From NCBI GenBank assembly GCA_030550625.1, contig JAUQOZ010000052.1, forward strand, positions 8,745 through 72,744: a DNA stretch of 64,000 nucleotides, given 5' to 3'. Both the position numbers and the translations under genes were made by a program. This document shows, piece by piece, positions 18,439-30,008 of the stretch. The notes below the pieces were generated by a model, which was not told where the DNA came from, made no database searches, and was given only the letters and a program-made list of their open reading frames with translations. This DNA comes from Chloroflexota bacterium (GTDB taxonomy: Bacteria > Chloroflexota > Chloroflexia > Chloroflexales > Chloroflexaceae). Within the stretch, counting starts at the first letter, position 1. The number at the start of each line of letters is the position of its first letter.

Positions 18439-21297
18439 ATGACGGTCGATCTATTAACCTTATCCATTGCCCTCAACCTGGCCAATGTCTTGCAATGCGC
18501 CGCCTTGATCGGCTTGGCACTGGCCAATCGCGGGCGGGCTGGCCCGGCATGGTGGGCAGCGGGCATGGGAGTGTTAGCATTTGGCTTGCTCATCACCACC
18601 GTGCGCGATGTTGCCAACGTGCCGCTCGTGTTGCACGCGGTGAGCAACACGCTGGTTGGCGGCGGAATGCTCTTGCTCTACCACGGTGTGGAGCGGTTTT
18701 TCGGCGATCGAGGCCATTTCCGCCGCTTGCTGCTGATATGGCTGCTTATCCTGATTGCTAATTTGCTGCTAGCTTCGACCGGCGATGAGCCGCCGTTGCG
18801 CCGCATTCTCTTTTCGGTCGTCGTGGCGACTTGTTCCGTCTTGATCGGACTGCGGTTTTTGCGCGAATCGCACCCCGATGTGCATTCGATTGTGTTGTTT
18901 CTGGCGATCGTGTTCTTCGCCAACGGCGTGTTTTTTGCCCTGCGCGGCATCGCTTTGGCTACCGAAGTTAACTGGCTGGTTGTCTCGCCGTCATGGCAAA
19001 CCGCTACCTATCTCATCTCAATCGCGACAACTACCCTCTGGACGTTTGGCCTGATTTTGTTGGTCAATCGCGAGCTAGTTATCGAGCAACGCGATGCGTT
19101 GCAGCAATTGGAACAAGTCTTTCTGGCTCAGCCGGATGCGGTGTTACTCTCGCGTTTGACTGATGGCGTGTTTGTGAAGGTTAATCGTGGTTTTACGACG
19201 ATCAGCGGGTACTCGGCAGAAGAGGTCTTGGGCAAAGACGGGCTAACGCTCAAGATTTGGCGTTCGCCAGAAGATCGGCGGTATTGGGTTGAGTTGATGA
19301 AACGTGATGGGTATTGCATTGGTCTTGAAATGAAATTCCGCCGGCGCGATGGCGAGCTACGCACATGCTTGCTTTCTTCGCAGACTGTGCTCATTCGGGG
19401 GGTGCCGCATGCGATCAGCATCATTCACGATATTACCGAACGCAAACAGATGGAAGAAGCCTTGCGGCGCAGCGATGCGCGCTATCGCCTGATTGCCGAG
19501 AATACCACCGACGTGATCTGGTTGCTCGATACGCAAACGGCCCGGTTCACTTTCTTCAGTCCGTCAATAAGCAAGCTGATCGGGTACTCGGCGACCGAGG
19601 CGTTAGCATTCGCATTTACCGACTTCTTGACACCCGATTCGGCCCGGTATGCCCAAGCGGCGTTGAACTATATGTTGCACGAGTGGGAGGGTGAGGATCT
19701 CATTGCCGCGCCGCCATGGACGGCGGAGATCGATTTGGTGCATCGCGATGGCCATATCGTGCATGCCGAGATTATTACGTCATTTGTGCGCGATGAGGAT
19801 CATCGGTTAATGGTACTGGGGGTAGCGCGTGATATTACGGCGCGCAAGCAAGCCGAAATCGAACTGCGTCTCGCCCGCCAGCAGGCGGAAGCGGCCAATC
19901 GGGCCAAGAGCGCATTTTTGGCCAATGTCAGCCACGAATTGCGCACGCCTCTGCATGCCGTGCTGGGATTTGCCCAATTGCTGAGCCGTGATGGTAATCT
20001 GACCGCTGTCCAACGCGAATATCTCGACATTATCAATCGCAGTGGCGAGCATTTGCTAAAGCTGATCAATGACGTGCTCGATCTGGCCAAGATCGAAGCC
20101 GGACGCTACACCTATACCGCAGCGCCGCTTGATGTCCGCCGACTGATCGCCGATCTGCAGACCTTGTTTCGCCCGCGGGCCGAAGCGAAACAATTGCATT
20201 TCACAGTAACATGCGATCCTGCGATTCCGCCAGTGATTGTGAGCGATGAAGCGAAAGTGCGCCAGATTTTGATCAACTTGTTGAGCAATGCTATAAAGTT
20301 CACTGATCACGGCAAGGTGCAGTTGCGCGTTGAGTGTGCCCAAGCTACCCGGCTGCTGTTTGTGGTCGAAGATACAGGTATTGGCATATCGCCCTTTGAC
20401 CAACCGCATCTCTTCCGGCCATTTTTTCAGGGGCAACAAGCATCACCAGACGCTGGCGCAGGATTGGGCTTGAGCATCAGCTATGAATTAGCGCGCTTGA
20501 TCGGGGGTGATCTCTCCGTTTACAGTGAGGGGGTTGGGCGCGGCGCACGCTTTACCTTGGCGCTGCCGTTGCAGACGCCGAATACTGCGCTCGTTGCATT
20601 GCCTGAAAAAACGCCAGCGCTGCAGGCGGTGCGGCTTCAGGCCGGCCAGCCTATTTACCGGATGTTGGTAGCTGATGATCAACCGGCTAGCGCCTTGCTG
20701 TTGGTCACGCTGCTGCACCGGCTAGGTTTCGTGGTGCAATCGGTGGCCGATGGTCAAGCAGCATTAGATGTGTGGCGCGTCTGGCAACCGCATATGATCT
20801 GGCTTGATGTACGCATGCCGCGCGTCGATGGTCTCGCCGTAGCGCGCCATATTCGCGATACCTGTGCCCATACGCCGGGGTTGCTCCGGCCGTTTATTGT
20901 GGCCATGTCAGCCCATGTGTTCGGCGATGCGCCATCCACGGTGCTGGAAGCCGGTTGCGACGATTTCATCGTCAAGCCATTTCGCGAGAGCGATGTGGTG
21001 CGGTTGATTGAGCAACATTTGCAGGTGCAGTTTGAATATGCTGAGCCAGTGGCCTTCACAATGCCAGTTGCAGCCATTGACGAACAGGGATACCATTCCG
21101 AGTGGCGCCAAGCGTTGCTGCAAGCGGCTCGGGAAGCAAACTTTCGGCGCTTGCAAGACTTGGCTGCTCAGATCGAGTCTGATCGTCCCGATGATGCGCG
21201 CCGATTGCGCCAGTGGATTGAGACGTTTGATTATCAAGCGGTGATTGGCTGGATCGAAACACTGGCGGCTTCTCAAGCCCCAAGCCGTGTAGTATAG
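18439..21297 (+). CDS. Membrane hybrid sensor histidine kinase (multi-TM, 2 PAS, HisKA, HATPase, receiver)
   Basis: FLANVSHELRTPL H-box, ILINLLSNAIKFT, DTGIGI, GAGLGL, receiver WLDVRMP. Confidence 0.95.
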   Translation: MTVDLLTLSIALNLANVLQCAALIGLALANRGRAGPAWWAAGMGVLAFGLLITTVRDVANVPLVLHAVSNTLVGGGMLLLYHGVERFFGDRGHFRRLLLIWLLILIANLLLASTGDEPPLRRILFSVVVATCSVLIGLRFLRESHPDVHSIVLFLAIVFFANGVFFALRGIALATEVNWLVVSPSWQTATYLISIATTTLWTFGLILLVNRELVIEQRDALQQLEQVFLAQPDAVLLSRLTDGVFVKVNRGFTTISGYSAEEVLGKDGLTLKIWRSPEDRRYWVELMKRDGYCIGLEMKFRRRDGELRTCLLSSQTVLIRGVPHAISIIHDITERKQMEEALRRSDARYRLIAENTTDVIWLLDTQTARFTFFSPSISKLIGYSATEALAFAFTDFLTPDSARYAQAALNYMLHEWEGEDLIAAPPWTAEIDLVHRDGHIVHAEIITSFVRDEDHRLMVLGVARDITARKQAEIELRLARQQAEAANRAKSAFLANVSHELRTPLHAVLGFAQLLSRDGNLTAVQREYLDIINRSGEHLLKLINDVLDLAKIEAGRYTYTAAPLDVRRLIADLQTLFRPRAEAKQLHFTVTCDPAIPPVIVSDEAKVRQILINLLSNAIKFTDHGKVQLRVECAQATRLLFVVEDTGIGISPFDQPHLFRPFFQGQQASPDAGAGLGLSISYELARLIGGDLSVYSEGVGRGARFTLALPLQTPNTALVALPEKTPALQAVRLQAGQPIYRMLVADDQPASALLLVTLLHRLGFVVQSVADGQAALDVWRVWQPHMIWLDVRMPRVDGLAVARHIRDTCAHTPGLLRPFIVAMSAHVFGDAPSTVLEAGCDDFIVKPFRESDVVRLIEQHLQVQFEYAEPVAFTMPVAAIDEQGYHSEWRQALLQAAREANFRRLQDLAAQIESDRPDDARRLRQWIETFDYQAVIGWIETLAASQAPSRVV

Positions 21298-21337
21298 TAA
21301 GCCATGTTGTTTAATTAACGAACATCCTTACAGAGCA

Positions 21338-22276
21338 ATGCCAGATAATCGCTCTCCAACCATTTTGGTCGTTGATGATACGCCGGCCAACCTTCTGTTG
21401 TTAACCCAGTTGCTTAATGGCCAGTCGTATGATGTGCGCCCGGTCACGCAAGGCGCAATGGCGTTAGCGGCTGCACGTACCATCCGGCCTGACTTAATCC
21501 TGCTCGATATTCGGATGCCCGATATTGATGGGTATACGGTCTGCCAAGAATTAAAAGCCGATCCTGAGACAAGCCAGATTCCGGTTATCTTCATCAGTGC
21601 GCTTGATGATACTGAGGATAAGGTGCGCGCGTTTGAATGCGGCGGGGTTGATTATGTGACCAAGCCATTTCAACCAGCCGAGGTATTGGCGCGGGTGCGC
21701 ACGCATCTGGCGTTGGCCCAAGCGCGCACGGCGCTCGAAATGGCCAACCGCGAGCTGCAGCGGGCCTTGGCCCGTGAAGCTGAATTGGCCCGAATCGATT
21801 GGCTCACCGGGGTATATAATCGGAGCCATTTCTACGAATTGGCGACGCATGAATTTGCGATCGCCACTCGCTACGATCAGCCTCTAGCGATTTGTATGTT
21901 CGATGTTGACCACTTCAAGCAAGTGAATGATCGCTATGGCCATCTGATCGGCGATCAGGTCTTACGCGCAGTGGCTCAGACAGCAGCGCGCCAGATCCGC
22001 GCTGCCGATTGCATTGGCCGCTTTGGCGGCGAAGAGTTTATCCTGCTCTTGCCGAATACCGATACGATGGCGGGTTTGATGCTGGCTGAGCGGTTGCGTG
22101 CGGCGATCGCTGATCTGCGCATCCAAACCGAAAAGGGTGAGATTAGCACCACAATTAGCCTTGGCGTTGCCGGACGGCAACCGGCTGATACAGTGATTGA
22201 ACGCTTGATCGATCGTGCTGATCAAGCTCTCTATGCAGCTAAGCAGCAGGGGCGCAATTGTGTGGTGGGGGTGTGA
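21338..22276 (+). CDS. Response regulator diguanylate cyclase (REC-GGDEF)
   Basis: ILVVDD...LILLDIRMP receiver; RFGGEEF active site with an RxxD (RAAD) I-site. Confidence 0.95.
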   Translation: MPDNRSPTILVVDDTPANLLLLTQLLNGQSYDVRPVTQGAMALAAARTIRPDLILLDIRMPDIDGYTVCQELKADPETSQIPVIFISALDDTEDKVRAFECGGVDYVTKPFQPAEVLARVRTHLALAQARTALEMANRELQRALAREAELARIDWLTGVYNRSHFYELATHEFAIATRYDQPLAICMFDVDHFKQVNDRYGHLIGDQVLRAVAQTAARQIRAADCIGRFGGEEFILLLPNTDTMAGLMLAERLRAAIADLRIQTEKGEISTTISLGVAGRQPADTVIERLIDRADQALYAAKQQGRNCVVGV

Positions 22277-22371
22277 AACGGTCATCATCTCCGGGTGGCA
22301 AAACGCTTGTTGAACGATGGTCACGCGGTGCGCAATGAGTGGGTTGGCGCGGGAGAGAGAAGGAGCTTGGC

Positions 22372-23295
22372 ATGGCGATCCCGGTGATCGAATTGCGTAA
22401 CCTGACCGTCTACTACGGCCAGCGGCGTGGGGTTGAAGACCTCAATCTGACCGTTGAACCCGGCGAGGTGTTCGGTTTTCTTGGCCCCAATGGCGCCGGC
22501 AAGACGACGACGTTGCGGGTGTTGTTGGATATCATCCGGCCCACCCGCGGGCAGGCGTTGATCTTTGGCCGTGATTGCCGGCGCGAGGGGCCGTACATCC
22601 GCCGGCAAGTCGGTTATCTGCCCGGCGAGCTGAGTTTGCCGGCAAATCTGACCGCGCGCCAGTATCTCGCCATGCTCGATGCCGCCCGTGGTCGCGTTGT
22701 CGAAGCCGCCTATCTTGCCCGGCTGTGTGACCAACTCGATCTCGATCTCGACCGGCCAATGCGCACCTATTCGCGTGGCAACAAACAGAAAGTGGGTTTG
22801 ATCGCCGCCTTCATGGTTCGCCCCCAATTGCTCATTCTCGACGAGCCGACCGGCGGCCTCGATCCGCTCGTCCAGCAGACGGTGCTCGAATTGGTGCGCG
22901 CTGCTCGCGCCGAGGGGCGCACCGTCTTCTTTTCGTCGCATATCTTGCCTGAAGTGCAGGCGGTCTGCGACCGGGTCGGCATTATTCGCGCCGGCAGGAT
23001 GGTGACGGTTGAGCGGGTTGATGCGTTGTTGCAACGCCAGCAGGTGCATCGCTTGCGCTTGCGTTTTGCCCAGCCGATCCCGCCGGCGGCCTTTGCCCTC
23101 CCCGGTGTGACCGAGCTGGCCCACGGCGAGAGTGAGGTCATGCTGGAGGTGCGCGAGAACTTAGCCCTCGTGTTGCGGATTGCTGGTGATCTAGGGGCGA
23201 TTGAACTAGAGACGATGCCGCTTACGCTCGAAGAGGTGTTTTTGGCCTACTATGGCGCCCAAGGGGGGAACCATGCTCAGCCTGTGTTGGCATGA
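22372..23295 (+). CDS. ABC transporter ATP-binding protein
   Basis: GPNGAGKT, YSRGNKQK signature, LILDEPT; start after an AGGAG RBS. Confidence 0.95.
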   Translation: MAIPVIELRNLTVYYGQRRGVEDLNLTVEPGEVFGFLGPNGAGKTTTLRVLLDIIRPTRGQALIFGRDCRREGPYIRRQVGYLPGELSLPANLTARQYLAMLDAARGRVVEAAYLARLCDQLDLDLDRPMRTYSRGNKQKVGLIAAFMVRPQLLILDEPTGGLDPLVQQTVLELVRAARAEGRTVFFSSHILPEVQAVCDRVGIIRAGRMVTVERVDALLQRQQVHRLRLRFAQPIPPAAFALPGVTELAHGESEVMLEVRENLALVLRIAGDLGAIELETMPLTLEEVFLAYYGAQGGNHAQPVLA

Positions 23296-24100
23296 ATTGC
23301 GTGCCCGCCGCGGTCTCATTATTGGCTGGGGAGTGGGGTTAGTCATCTTTTTTAGTGTCTACCTCGCATTTTACCCGGCGCTGCCGGCTGACATGCGCAA
23401 CCTCGATTTGCAGGCGATTGAACTCTATCGCGCATTCGGCAATCTGACGATGGCCACGTTTGAAGGCTATATCGGCTCGACGATCTTTTACTTCTTTAGT
23501 GTGTTGCTAGCGGTTTTGGCCATTGTGACCGGAACCGGCTTGCTGGCCGGTGAGGAAGATGCTGGCACGCTTGAGTTGCAATTGGCACTGCCGCTAGCGC
23601 GCTGGCAATTGGTGACGGCGAAGGTGTTGGAATTGGCGGTCATCGGGTTGGTAGTGTTGGCGGTTGCTGGTCTGGCTGCGGTGGGTGTCTTTCTCGCCAT
23701 TCGCGATCAGCTCACTACGTCGCTCGATGCCGGCGATCTCTTTCGGGCCACGATTGCGCACTGGCCGCTGGTGTGGCTGTTTCAAACCTTGAGCTTGTGG
23801 CTCGGCACGGTCACGCCGTCGCGCCGGATCGCGCTCGCGATCGCCACCGTGCTCCTCATCGTGAGTTTCCTTGGCTACAATCTGGTTGGGATGTCACCCG
23901 ATCTCGAGTGGCTGCGCCCGCTCTCGCCGTTCCACTATCGCCCCGTCACGCCTGAGACGCTTAATGACGGGCCGGCGTTGAGTGACCTCGCTATTCTGAC
24001 GGTGGCGGCGTTGGTCTGTTATGGCCTTGCTGTGATCAGCTTCGACCGGCGTGATGTTACGGTGGGGGCTTGGCCGTGGGTGCGATGGGCGGGCCGTTGA
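23273..24100 (+). CDS. ABC-2 type permease
   Basis: About 6 TM segments; LAGEEDAGTLELQLALPLAR motif; overlaps the ATPase gene. Confidence 0.9.
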   Translation: MLSLCWHELRARRGLIIGWGVGLVIFFSVYLAFYPALPADMRNLDLQAIELYRAFGNLTMATFEGYIGSTIFYFFSVLLAVLAIVTGTGLLAGEEDAGTLELQLALPLARWQLVTAKVLELAVIGLVVLAVAGLAAVGVFLAIRDQLTTSLDAGDLFRATIAHWPLVWLFQTLSLWLGTVTPSRRIALAIATVLLIVSFLGYNLVGMSPDLEWLRPLSPFHYRPVTPETLNDGPALSDLAILTVAALVCYGLAVISFDRRDVTVGAWPWVRWAGR

Positions 24101-24184
24101 TGATGCCGGCGTGAGCGCGGCTATGGTATACTTCCTAGCAGACGTACTGGACTATATGCGGTTTCGCCGCCGGTTGAAGCATAC

Positions 24185-26008
24185 ATGTCAGATCAACTCC
24201 ACATCCGTAACTTCAGCATTATTGCCCACGTCGATCATGGCAAGACGACGTTGAGCGACCGCCTGCTTGAACTGACGCGCACGATTACCGAACGCGAGCA
24301 GCGCGAGCAGTTGCTTGACTCGCTTGATCTTGAGCGCGAAAAGGGGATTACGATCAAGTTGAAGCCGGTGCGCATGGAATACCGTGCCGCCGATGGCGAG
24401 CTGTATCAACTGAACTTGATTGACACTCCCGGCCACGTTGATTTTAGCTACGAGGTCAACCGGTCGCTGGCCGCCTGCGAAGGCGCGTTGTTGGTCGTTG
24501 ACGCCTCGCAAGGCATCGAGGCCCAAACCCTTGCCAATACCTATCTGGCGCTGGAGAATGATCTGGTGATCATTCCGGTCGTCAACAAGATCGATCTGCC
24601 CGGCGCCCACCCCGAAGAGGTCGCGCAAGAGATCGAGTCGGTGATCGGCATCCCTGCCGAAGAGGCCATCTTTGCCTCGGCTAAAGAGGGCATCGGCGTG
24701 CCCGAGATTCTCGAAGCGATTGTCAAGCGCATCCCGCCGCCGCGCGGCCAGCGCCAATTGCCGGCCCGCGCCCTTATCTTCGACTCGCACTACGATCCGT
24801 ATAAGGGTGTGATCGCCTATGTGCGGGTGGTTGATGGCGTCTTTACCAGCCGCGATCGAGTGCGGTTTATGGGTACCGGCGCCCAAGCCGAAACCCTCGA
24901 ACTGGGCATCTTCCGCCCGGCGATGACGCCGCTGAACGAGCTGGTCGCCGGCGAGGTCGGCTATATCGCGACCGGCCTCAAGAGCGTGGCCGATTGTCAA
25001 GTTGGCGATACGATCACGCTGGCCGAGAACCCAGCCAGCGAACCGCTCCCCGGTTATCGTCCGGCCAAACCGATGGTGTTTGCCGGTCTCTACCCGATCG
25101 ACTCAAACGCCTACCCTGAGTTGCGCGAGGCGCTCGAACGGCTTAAACTCAACGATGCCGCCCTCTCGTTCCAACCCGAAAGCTCGGCGGCGCTCGGCTT
25201 TGGTTTTCGTTGTGGTTTCCTCGGCCTGCTCCACATGGAAATTGTCCGCGAGCGCCTCGAACGCGAGTACAAGCTCGATCTGCTGATTACCGCGCCCTCG
25301 GTGGAGTATCAGGTCTTGCTTTCCGATGGCGAGATTGTCACCGTCGCCAACCCGTCTGAGATGCCCGATCTGTCGCGGATCGAGGCGATCGAGGAGCCGG
25401 TGGTCGAGATTAGCGTGATCACGCCGGTGCGCTACATCGGCACGATTATGGATCTGGTGACGACCCGCCGCGGCGTCTTTCTCAGCATGGATTATCTCGA
25501 CCCGACGCGGGTGCTCTTGAAGTACCGCATGCCGTTGGCCGAGATTGTGATCGATTTCTACGATCAACTCAAGAGCCGCACGCAAGGCTACGCTTCGCTT
25601 GATTACCATCTGGCCGGCTACCAAGAGGCCGATCTGGTCAAGCTCGATATTTTGGTCAACGGCCAGCCGGTTGATGCGCTGTCGCTGATTGTGCATCGTG
25701 ATTTTGCCTATCAGCGCGGGCGCGATCTGGTGGAACGGCTGCGCCAATTGATCCCGCGCCAAATGTTTGAAGTGCCGATTCAGGCAGCAATCGGCTCGAA
25801 AATCATTGCCCGCGAGACCATCCGCGCGATGCGCAAAGATGTGTTGGCCAAGTGTTACGGCGGTGACGTGACCCGCAAGCGCAAACTGCTCGAAAAGCAA
25901 AAAGAAGGCAAGAAGCGCATGAAGATGGTCGGCAGCGTCGAGATTCCGCAAGAGGCGTTTATGGCGATCTTGTCGCTGAATGAATCGGGGAATGAGCGGG
26001 AGCGATAG
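24185..26008 (+). CDS. lepA: Translation elongation factor 4 (LepA)
   Basis: [48 protein letters not shown]. Confidence 0.99.
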   Translation: MSDQLHIRNFSIIAHVDHGKTTLSDRLLELTRTITEREQREQLLDSLDLEREKGITIKLKPVRMEYRAADGELYQLNLIDTPGHVDFSYEVNRSLAACEGALLVVDASQGIEAQTLANTYLALENDLVIIPVVNKIDLPGAHPEEVAQEIESVIGIPAEEAIFASAKEGIGVPEILEAIVKRIPPPRGQRQLPARALIFDSHYDPYKGVIAYVRVVDGVFTSRDRVRFMGTGAQAETLELGIFRPAMTPLNELVAGEVGYIATGLKSVADCQVGDTITLAENPASEPLPGYRPAKPMVFAGLYPIDSNAYPELREALERLKLNDAALSFQPESSAALGFGFRCGFLGLLHMEIVRERLEREYKLDLLITAPSVEYQVLLSDGEIVTVANPSEMPDLSRIEAIEEPVVEISVITPVRYIGTIMDLVTTRRGVFLSMDYLDPTRVLLKYRMPLAEIVIDFYDQLKSRTQGYASLDYHLAGYQEADLVKLDILVNGQPVDALSLIVHRDFAYQRGRDLVERLRQLIPRQMFEVPIQAAIGSKIIARETIRAMRKDVLAKCYGGDVTRKRKLLEKQKEGKKRMKMVGSVEIPQEAFMAILSLNESGNERER

Positions 26009-26107
26009 GGCGGAACGCAGGGGCGGAACGCAGGGGCACAGCGACGCTGTGCCCGTACTGAGATGGCGAAGATAAGAGCGATGGGCAGAGCGCCGCTGTG
26101 CCCGTAC
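26008..26107. repeat. REP cluster: 13-bp tandem duplication plus two GTAC-ended palindromes
   Basis: gggcggaacgcag x2; gggcacagcg-a-cgctgtgccc-gtac (26034-26058); gggcagagcg-c-cgctgtgccc-gtac (26083-26107). Confidence 0.75.
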
Positions 26108-26133
26108 CGGTTTGATATGCGGAGAATAAGATA

Positions 26134-27042
26134 ATGCGTCGTCTGATATGGTTGTTTGCTCTCTTGCTGCTGGCGGGGTGCCAGAGCGTAGCGAATGGCC
26201 GCCAGTGGGAAGATGCCGGTTCACCGGTCGCGTTTCGGCTGGGTTCGCAGGTTTATACCGTGGCCGATGTGAATACTGAAATCAAGCGCGCAATTGGCGA
26301 TGGGGTGGCTAATGCGCTGGCGGCTGGCCAGACCCGCGAGCAGATTGAGCAGATTGTGGTTGAGAACGATCTGCGCCGGCAGATTTTTGAACAGATGATC
26401 CAAAATGAGTTGCTGCTGAATTATGCTCGCCGGCAGGGCATCGGCGTTGATCCGGCAGCGCTCGACGAGACCGTTTTCAGCCGTTTGCCAGCCGATGCGG
26501 CGCCAGCAGAGATGAGTGAGTTGCGCAGTACGCTGGCGCGCGAGCAGATCGTGTTTGAAGTGATTGCGCGTAATACCCGCGCTGATATGGCCCGCGCGCG
26601 CCATATTTTAGTGAGTGATGAAGCGACGGCGCAGGCGATTTTGGCCGAGTTGCAGGCTGGCGCCGATTTTGCCACGCTGGCGGCGACCCGCTCGCGCGAT
26701 AATGGTTCGGCGGCTAATGGCGGCGATTTAGGGTGGGCGACCCGCGGTGATTTTGTGCCGCAGTTTGAAGAAGCTATTTTTACGATACCGCTGAATACGC
26801 CGCAGATTGTCCAAACCGATTTCGGCTTTCATGTCGTCGAGGTGCTCGAACGCGAGCTGCAACGTCCGTTCGAGTCGTTTGAACAACTGCGCACGCGCCA
26901 GAATGCCGGCCAGTTCTACCAAGAGACCTTTGTGCCGTGGTACGAGGAGTTGCGCCGGCAAGCTGAGCAGAGCGGTGAGTTGCAGATTGCCGCCGGTTTT
27001 GACCCCAATGCGCTGCCGATCCCGTTCCCTGAGACGCCATGA
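26134..27042 (+). CDS. PpiC/parvulin-type peptidyl-prolyl isomerase lipoprotein (PrsA-like)
   Basis: Lipobox LLAGC; ARHILV, GADFATLA, GGDLGW, TDFGFHVV. Confidence 0.9.
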   Translation: MRRLIWLFALLLLAGCQSVANGRQWEDAGSPVAFRLGSQVYTVADVNTEIKRAIGDGVANALAAGQTREQIEQIVVENDLRRQIFEQMIQNELLLNYARRQGIGVDPAALDETVFSRLPADAAPAEMSELRSTLAREQIVFEVIARNTRADMARARHILVSDEATAQAILAELQAGADFATLAATRSRDNGSAANGGDLGWATRGDFVPQFEEAIFTIPLNTPQIVQTDFGFHVVEVLERELQRPFESFEQLRTRQNAGQFYQETFVPWYEELRRQAEQSGELQIAAGFDPNALPIPFPETP

Positions 27043-28235
27043 GTGCTACGTTGACCGCCTTGCTGAACGCGGCGCTGGCGCGTGGCTTGATCGACCCGGC
27101 GGCGATGCAGGTGTGGGCCGTTGAGCGGCTGCTGCAACCGCCGGTTGCACCGGCGGCAACGAAGGTCATGCCGTGGGTCGAACAGCAGGGTCTGGGCACG
27201 TATCACCCGCCGCGCTTGCCCTACCCGCTGGCTCTACATACGCCGGCGCTGATTTGGGGTGAAGCGGCGGCGTTTGATCTACCGGCGCTGGCGTCGTTGT
27301 TGTTGGAACGTTATCCGCCCCACCATTCGCTCACGCTGGTGCTGGCGCCAGATGAGCGTATCGTACCGTTGGCATTGGCTGAGTTGGCGACAACGGTCTT
27401 GCCGGTAGCTTCAGCCCTTGCTCTGATTGTGCCGGCTCTCGCGCTAGAGGATGACCGGCGCGGGATTGATCGCCTGCGTTGGGTGATTACGCGCCTGCTT
27501 GGCCCCGACGGTTGCCCGTGGGATGTGCGCCAGACCCATCAGACCTTGCGCAGCGCCTTGCTCGAAGAGGTTTACGAGGCGCTGGAGGCGCTCGATGCCG
27601 GTGATATGGTCTTGCTACGCGAAGAGTTAGGCGATGTCTTGTTGCAAGTCGCTGTGCATAGTGAGATGGCGCGCCAAGCTGGTCATTTTTCGCTTGAAGA
27701 TGTGGTGCAGCATGTAGCTGATAAGCTCGTCTTCCGCCATCCCCACGTTTTTGGCACAACCGATGTTGCCGATACTGGGCAGGTGTTGCGCAACTGGGAG
27801 GCGCTCAAGGCCCAAGAGTTGGCGGCCAAAGGCAAAACGCGGGCTAGCGCGCTCGATGGCGTGCCGGCAGCTTTGCCGGCCTTGGCTGCCGCCCAAGCAT
27901 TGGCACGGAAAGCGATTCGAGCCGGTTTTACGTGGGCTACCATCGAACAGGTATGGGCCAAGGTCGAAGAGGAGTTGGCCGAAGTGCGCGCTGCGAGCGA
28001 TGCTACCGCGCAGATGGCCGAAATCGGCGATTTGTTGTTTGCTATTGCCACACTGGCCCATTGGTTGCATATCGATGCGGAAACGGCGCTGCGCGAAGCT
28101 AATGCTCGCTACACGCAACGCTTCCAACTGGTTGAGCAGATGGCTGCTGAACGTGGGCGGGCGTTGCGTGATTGCACGCTCGACGAAATGATGGCATGGT
28201 GGGCGGCAGCTAAAGCGCGCAGTGATGGACAGTAG
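27039..28235 (+). CDS. mazG: MazG nucleoside triphosphate pyrophosphohydrolase with N-terminal extension
   Basis: [33 protein letters not shown], second MazG repeat EIGDLLF. Confidence 0.92.
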   Translation: MSATLTALLNAALARGLIDPAAMQVWAVERLLQPPVAPAATKVMPWVEQQGLGTYHPPRLPYPLALHTPALIWGEAAAFDLPALASLLLERYPPHHSLTLVLAPDERIVPLALAELATTVLPVASALALIVPALALEDDRRGIDRLRWVITRLLGPDGCPWDVRQTHQTLRSALLEEVYEALEALDAGDMVLLREELGDVLLQVAVHSEMARQAGHFSLEDVVQHVADKLVFRHPHVFGTTDVADTGQVLRNWEALKAQELAAKGKTRASALDGVPAALPALAAAQALARKAIRAGFTWATIEQVWAKVEEELAEVRAASDATAQMAEIGDLLFAIATLAHWLHIDAETALREANARYTQRFQLVEQMAAERGRALRDCTLDEMMAWWAAAKARSDGQ

Positions 28236-28449
28236 TATGCCGCCGATCCCGCTCTATCTAAACGATGTGGTGCAGTTACGCAAGCCGCATGCCTGTGGCG
28301 GCGATACATGGCGCATTGTGCGTCTTGGCGCCGATATTGGTCTGCGCTGCGAAACGTGTGGCCGGCGGGTGATGTTGCCGCGGGCCGAGCTCGAACGCCG
28401 GATCAAACGGTTTATTGTGCGAGGGGACAACGAATGGGGGAACGAATAA
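28222..28449 (+). CDS. DUF951 family small protein
   Basis: [38 protein letters not shown]. Confidence 0.88.
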   Translation: MMDSSMPPIPLYLNDVVQLRKPHACGGDTWRIVRLGADIGLRCETCGRRVMLPRAELERRIKRFIVRGDNEWGNE

Positions 28450-28491
28450 ACAAATGATTGGTTGGTTCGTTCCGCGATGGGTTTGTTCGTT
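28437..28491. repeat. Degenerate copy of the GGGAACGAATAAAC inverted-repeat element
   Basis: ggggaacgaataaacaaatg followed by ttcgttcc and tttgttcgtt; shares its 5' arm with 61719-61794. Confidence 0.5.
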
Positions 28492-28517
28492 GACAACCTT
28501 GCTAAACGCGGTATGAT
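28490..28517 (+). promoter_or_regulatory. Putative sigma70 promoter for nfeD-stomatin
   Basis: TTGACA-16 nt-TATGAT. Confidence 0.45.
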
Positions 28518-28552
28518 GGCAGTGTCGCCATTATATTGCGTCCATACACACT

Positions 28553-29947
28553 ATGCGAATCTTCGATCTGCTCTTCCAAGTGGGTTATCGCAAGCCACCG
28601 TTCCTTGTATACATCACAACGCTGGTAAGCCGGGCGTTGCTGTTTGGCATGCTGTGGCTGTGGCTAGTTTCCGGGGTTACGGCCCAGTCAGTGCGGCCAG
28701 TCTATCTGGTTGAGTACGATGGCGTGTTGAGCAGTTATGCTGCCGGCTATATTCGCCGTGCGCTGCGTGAAGCGGAAGCGGCTCAGGCACAGGCGTTGAT
28801 TGTTCAATTAACCCCGCGTGGCGCGGTGTTGCAAGAGGCGCGCGTATTAGCGAATGATATTGCCGCGGCGAGTGTGCCGGTGGTCGTCTATATCAGTCCT
28901 GCTGGCCATGATGCAGGTGCGGCGGGCTCGTGGCTGTTGCCGGCAGCGCATGTGGCGGCGATGGCGCCAGATAGCCGGTTTGGGATTGCTGCGCCGTTAT
29001 TTGTGCCAACCATGGGTTTGGGCGAGGCGACACAGGATCTCCTTCTTGGTGAACAATTGCAACAATTTGAAGCATGGGGCGCAGCGCGCAACCGTAATGT
29101 CGATTGGGCTGAAACGGCGCTGCGCAGCGGCTTTATCGCGACCGCAGCGCAGGCGATTGAACCGAATCCGCCGCTGATTGATGTTGTTGCGCGTGATCAA
29201 ACCGAATTGTTGCAACGCCTCGAGGGTCGGGTTGTGACATTGGCCGATGGCTCGCAAATTGTCCTCTCAACCCTTGGCGCGCGCCCGTTTGTGGTTGAGG
29301 TCAATCTGATAGAAGCGGCGTTGTTAGTCTTGGCCAACCCAACAATCGTCTTTATCCTGCTCATAATGGCTGGCTTGGCTTTCTACGCCGAGTTTCTTAG
29401 CCCGACGGTTGGTATTTTGGCCGGTTTGGGCGTGTTGTTGCTGGTTGGCGCCATTGTTGGGATGATCGCACTGCCGGTACAATGGTTGAGCGTGATTGGG
29501 ATCCTGATCGCCTTTGGTCTGGTCGCAGCCGATCTCTTCGTTCCGTCGCATGGAACCCTGACCGTGATTGGGGTGGGAGTTATGATCGCCAGCGCATTAA
29601 CGCTGTTCGATTCAACGCAAGCGCCCGGAGTCGCAGTGGCGTTGTGGGTGATCATTTTGGTGGCAGTGCTGATTGCGATCTTCGCGATAACTGGGGTATG
29701 GCTGGCGTTACGCTCGCGCAACCGGCCAGTGACAACCGGGCAAGAAGGATTGATTGGGCGGTTAGCCGAGGTGCGTAAGCGCCTTGATCCGGAAGGTATG
29801 GTATTCGTGGAAGGGGCGCTCTGGCGGGCAGTGTGTGAAAACGGCACTGCTGAAGAGGGCGAGTTTGTGCGGGTCACTGGGATCTATGCGTTACGGTTGA
29901 CCGTCCGGCGGCTGGAACCGTCTGAATTGTCGTTGCCGTCGTCGTAG
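28553..29947 (+). CDS. NfeD family protein, long form (ClpP-like N-domain, TMs, C-terminal OB fold); start uncertain
   Basis: [18 protein letters not shown], multi-TM region, [11 protein letters not shown]...[12 protein letters not shown]; adjacent stomatin gene. Confidence 0.88.
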   Translation: MRIFDLLFQVGYRKPPFLVYITTLVSRALLFGMLWLWLVSGVTAQSVRPVYLVEYDGVLSSYAAGYIRRALREAEAAQAQALIVQLTPRGAVLQEARVLANDIAAASVPVVVYISPAGHDAGAAGSWLLPAAHVAAMAPDSRFGIAAPLFVPTMGLGEATQDLLLGEQLQQFEAWGAARNRNVDWAETALRSGFIATAAQAIEPNPPLIDVVARDQTELLQRLEGRVVTLADGSQIVLSTLGARPFVVEVNLIEAALLVLANPTIVFILLIMAGLAFYAEFLSPTVGILAGLGVLLLVGAIVGMIALPVQWLSVIGILIAFGLVAADLFVPSHGTLTVIGVGVMIASALTLFDSTQAPGVAVALWVIILVAVLIAIFAITGVWLALRSRNRPVTTGQEGLIGRLAEVRKRLDPEGMVFVEGALWRAVCENGTAEEGEFVRVTGIYALRLTVRRLEPSELSLPSS

Positions 29948-30008
29948 CGGTGCGCAACGGTGCGGACGTGCGCCGCTACCGAGATTTCTTACGGAAAGGG
30001 GTTATGGC

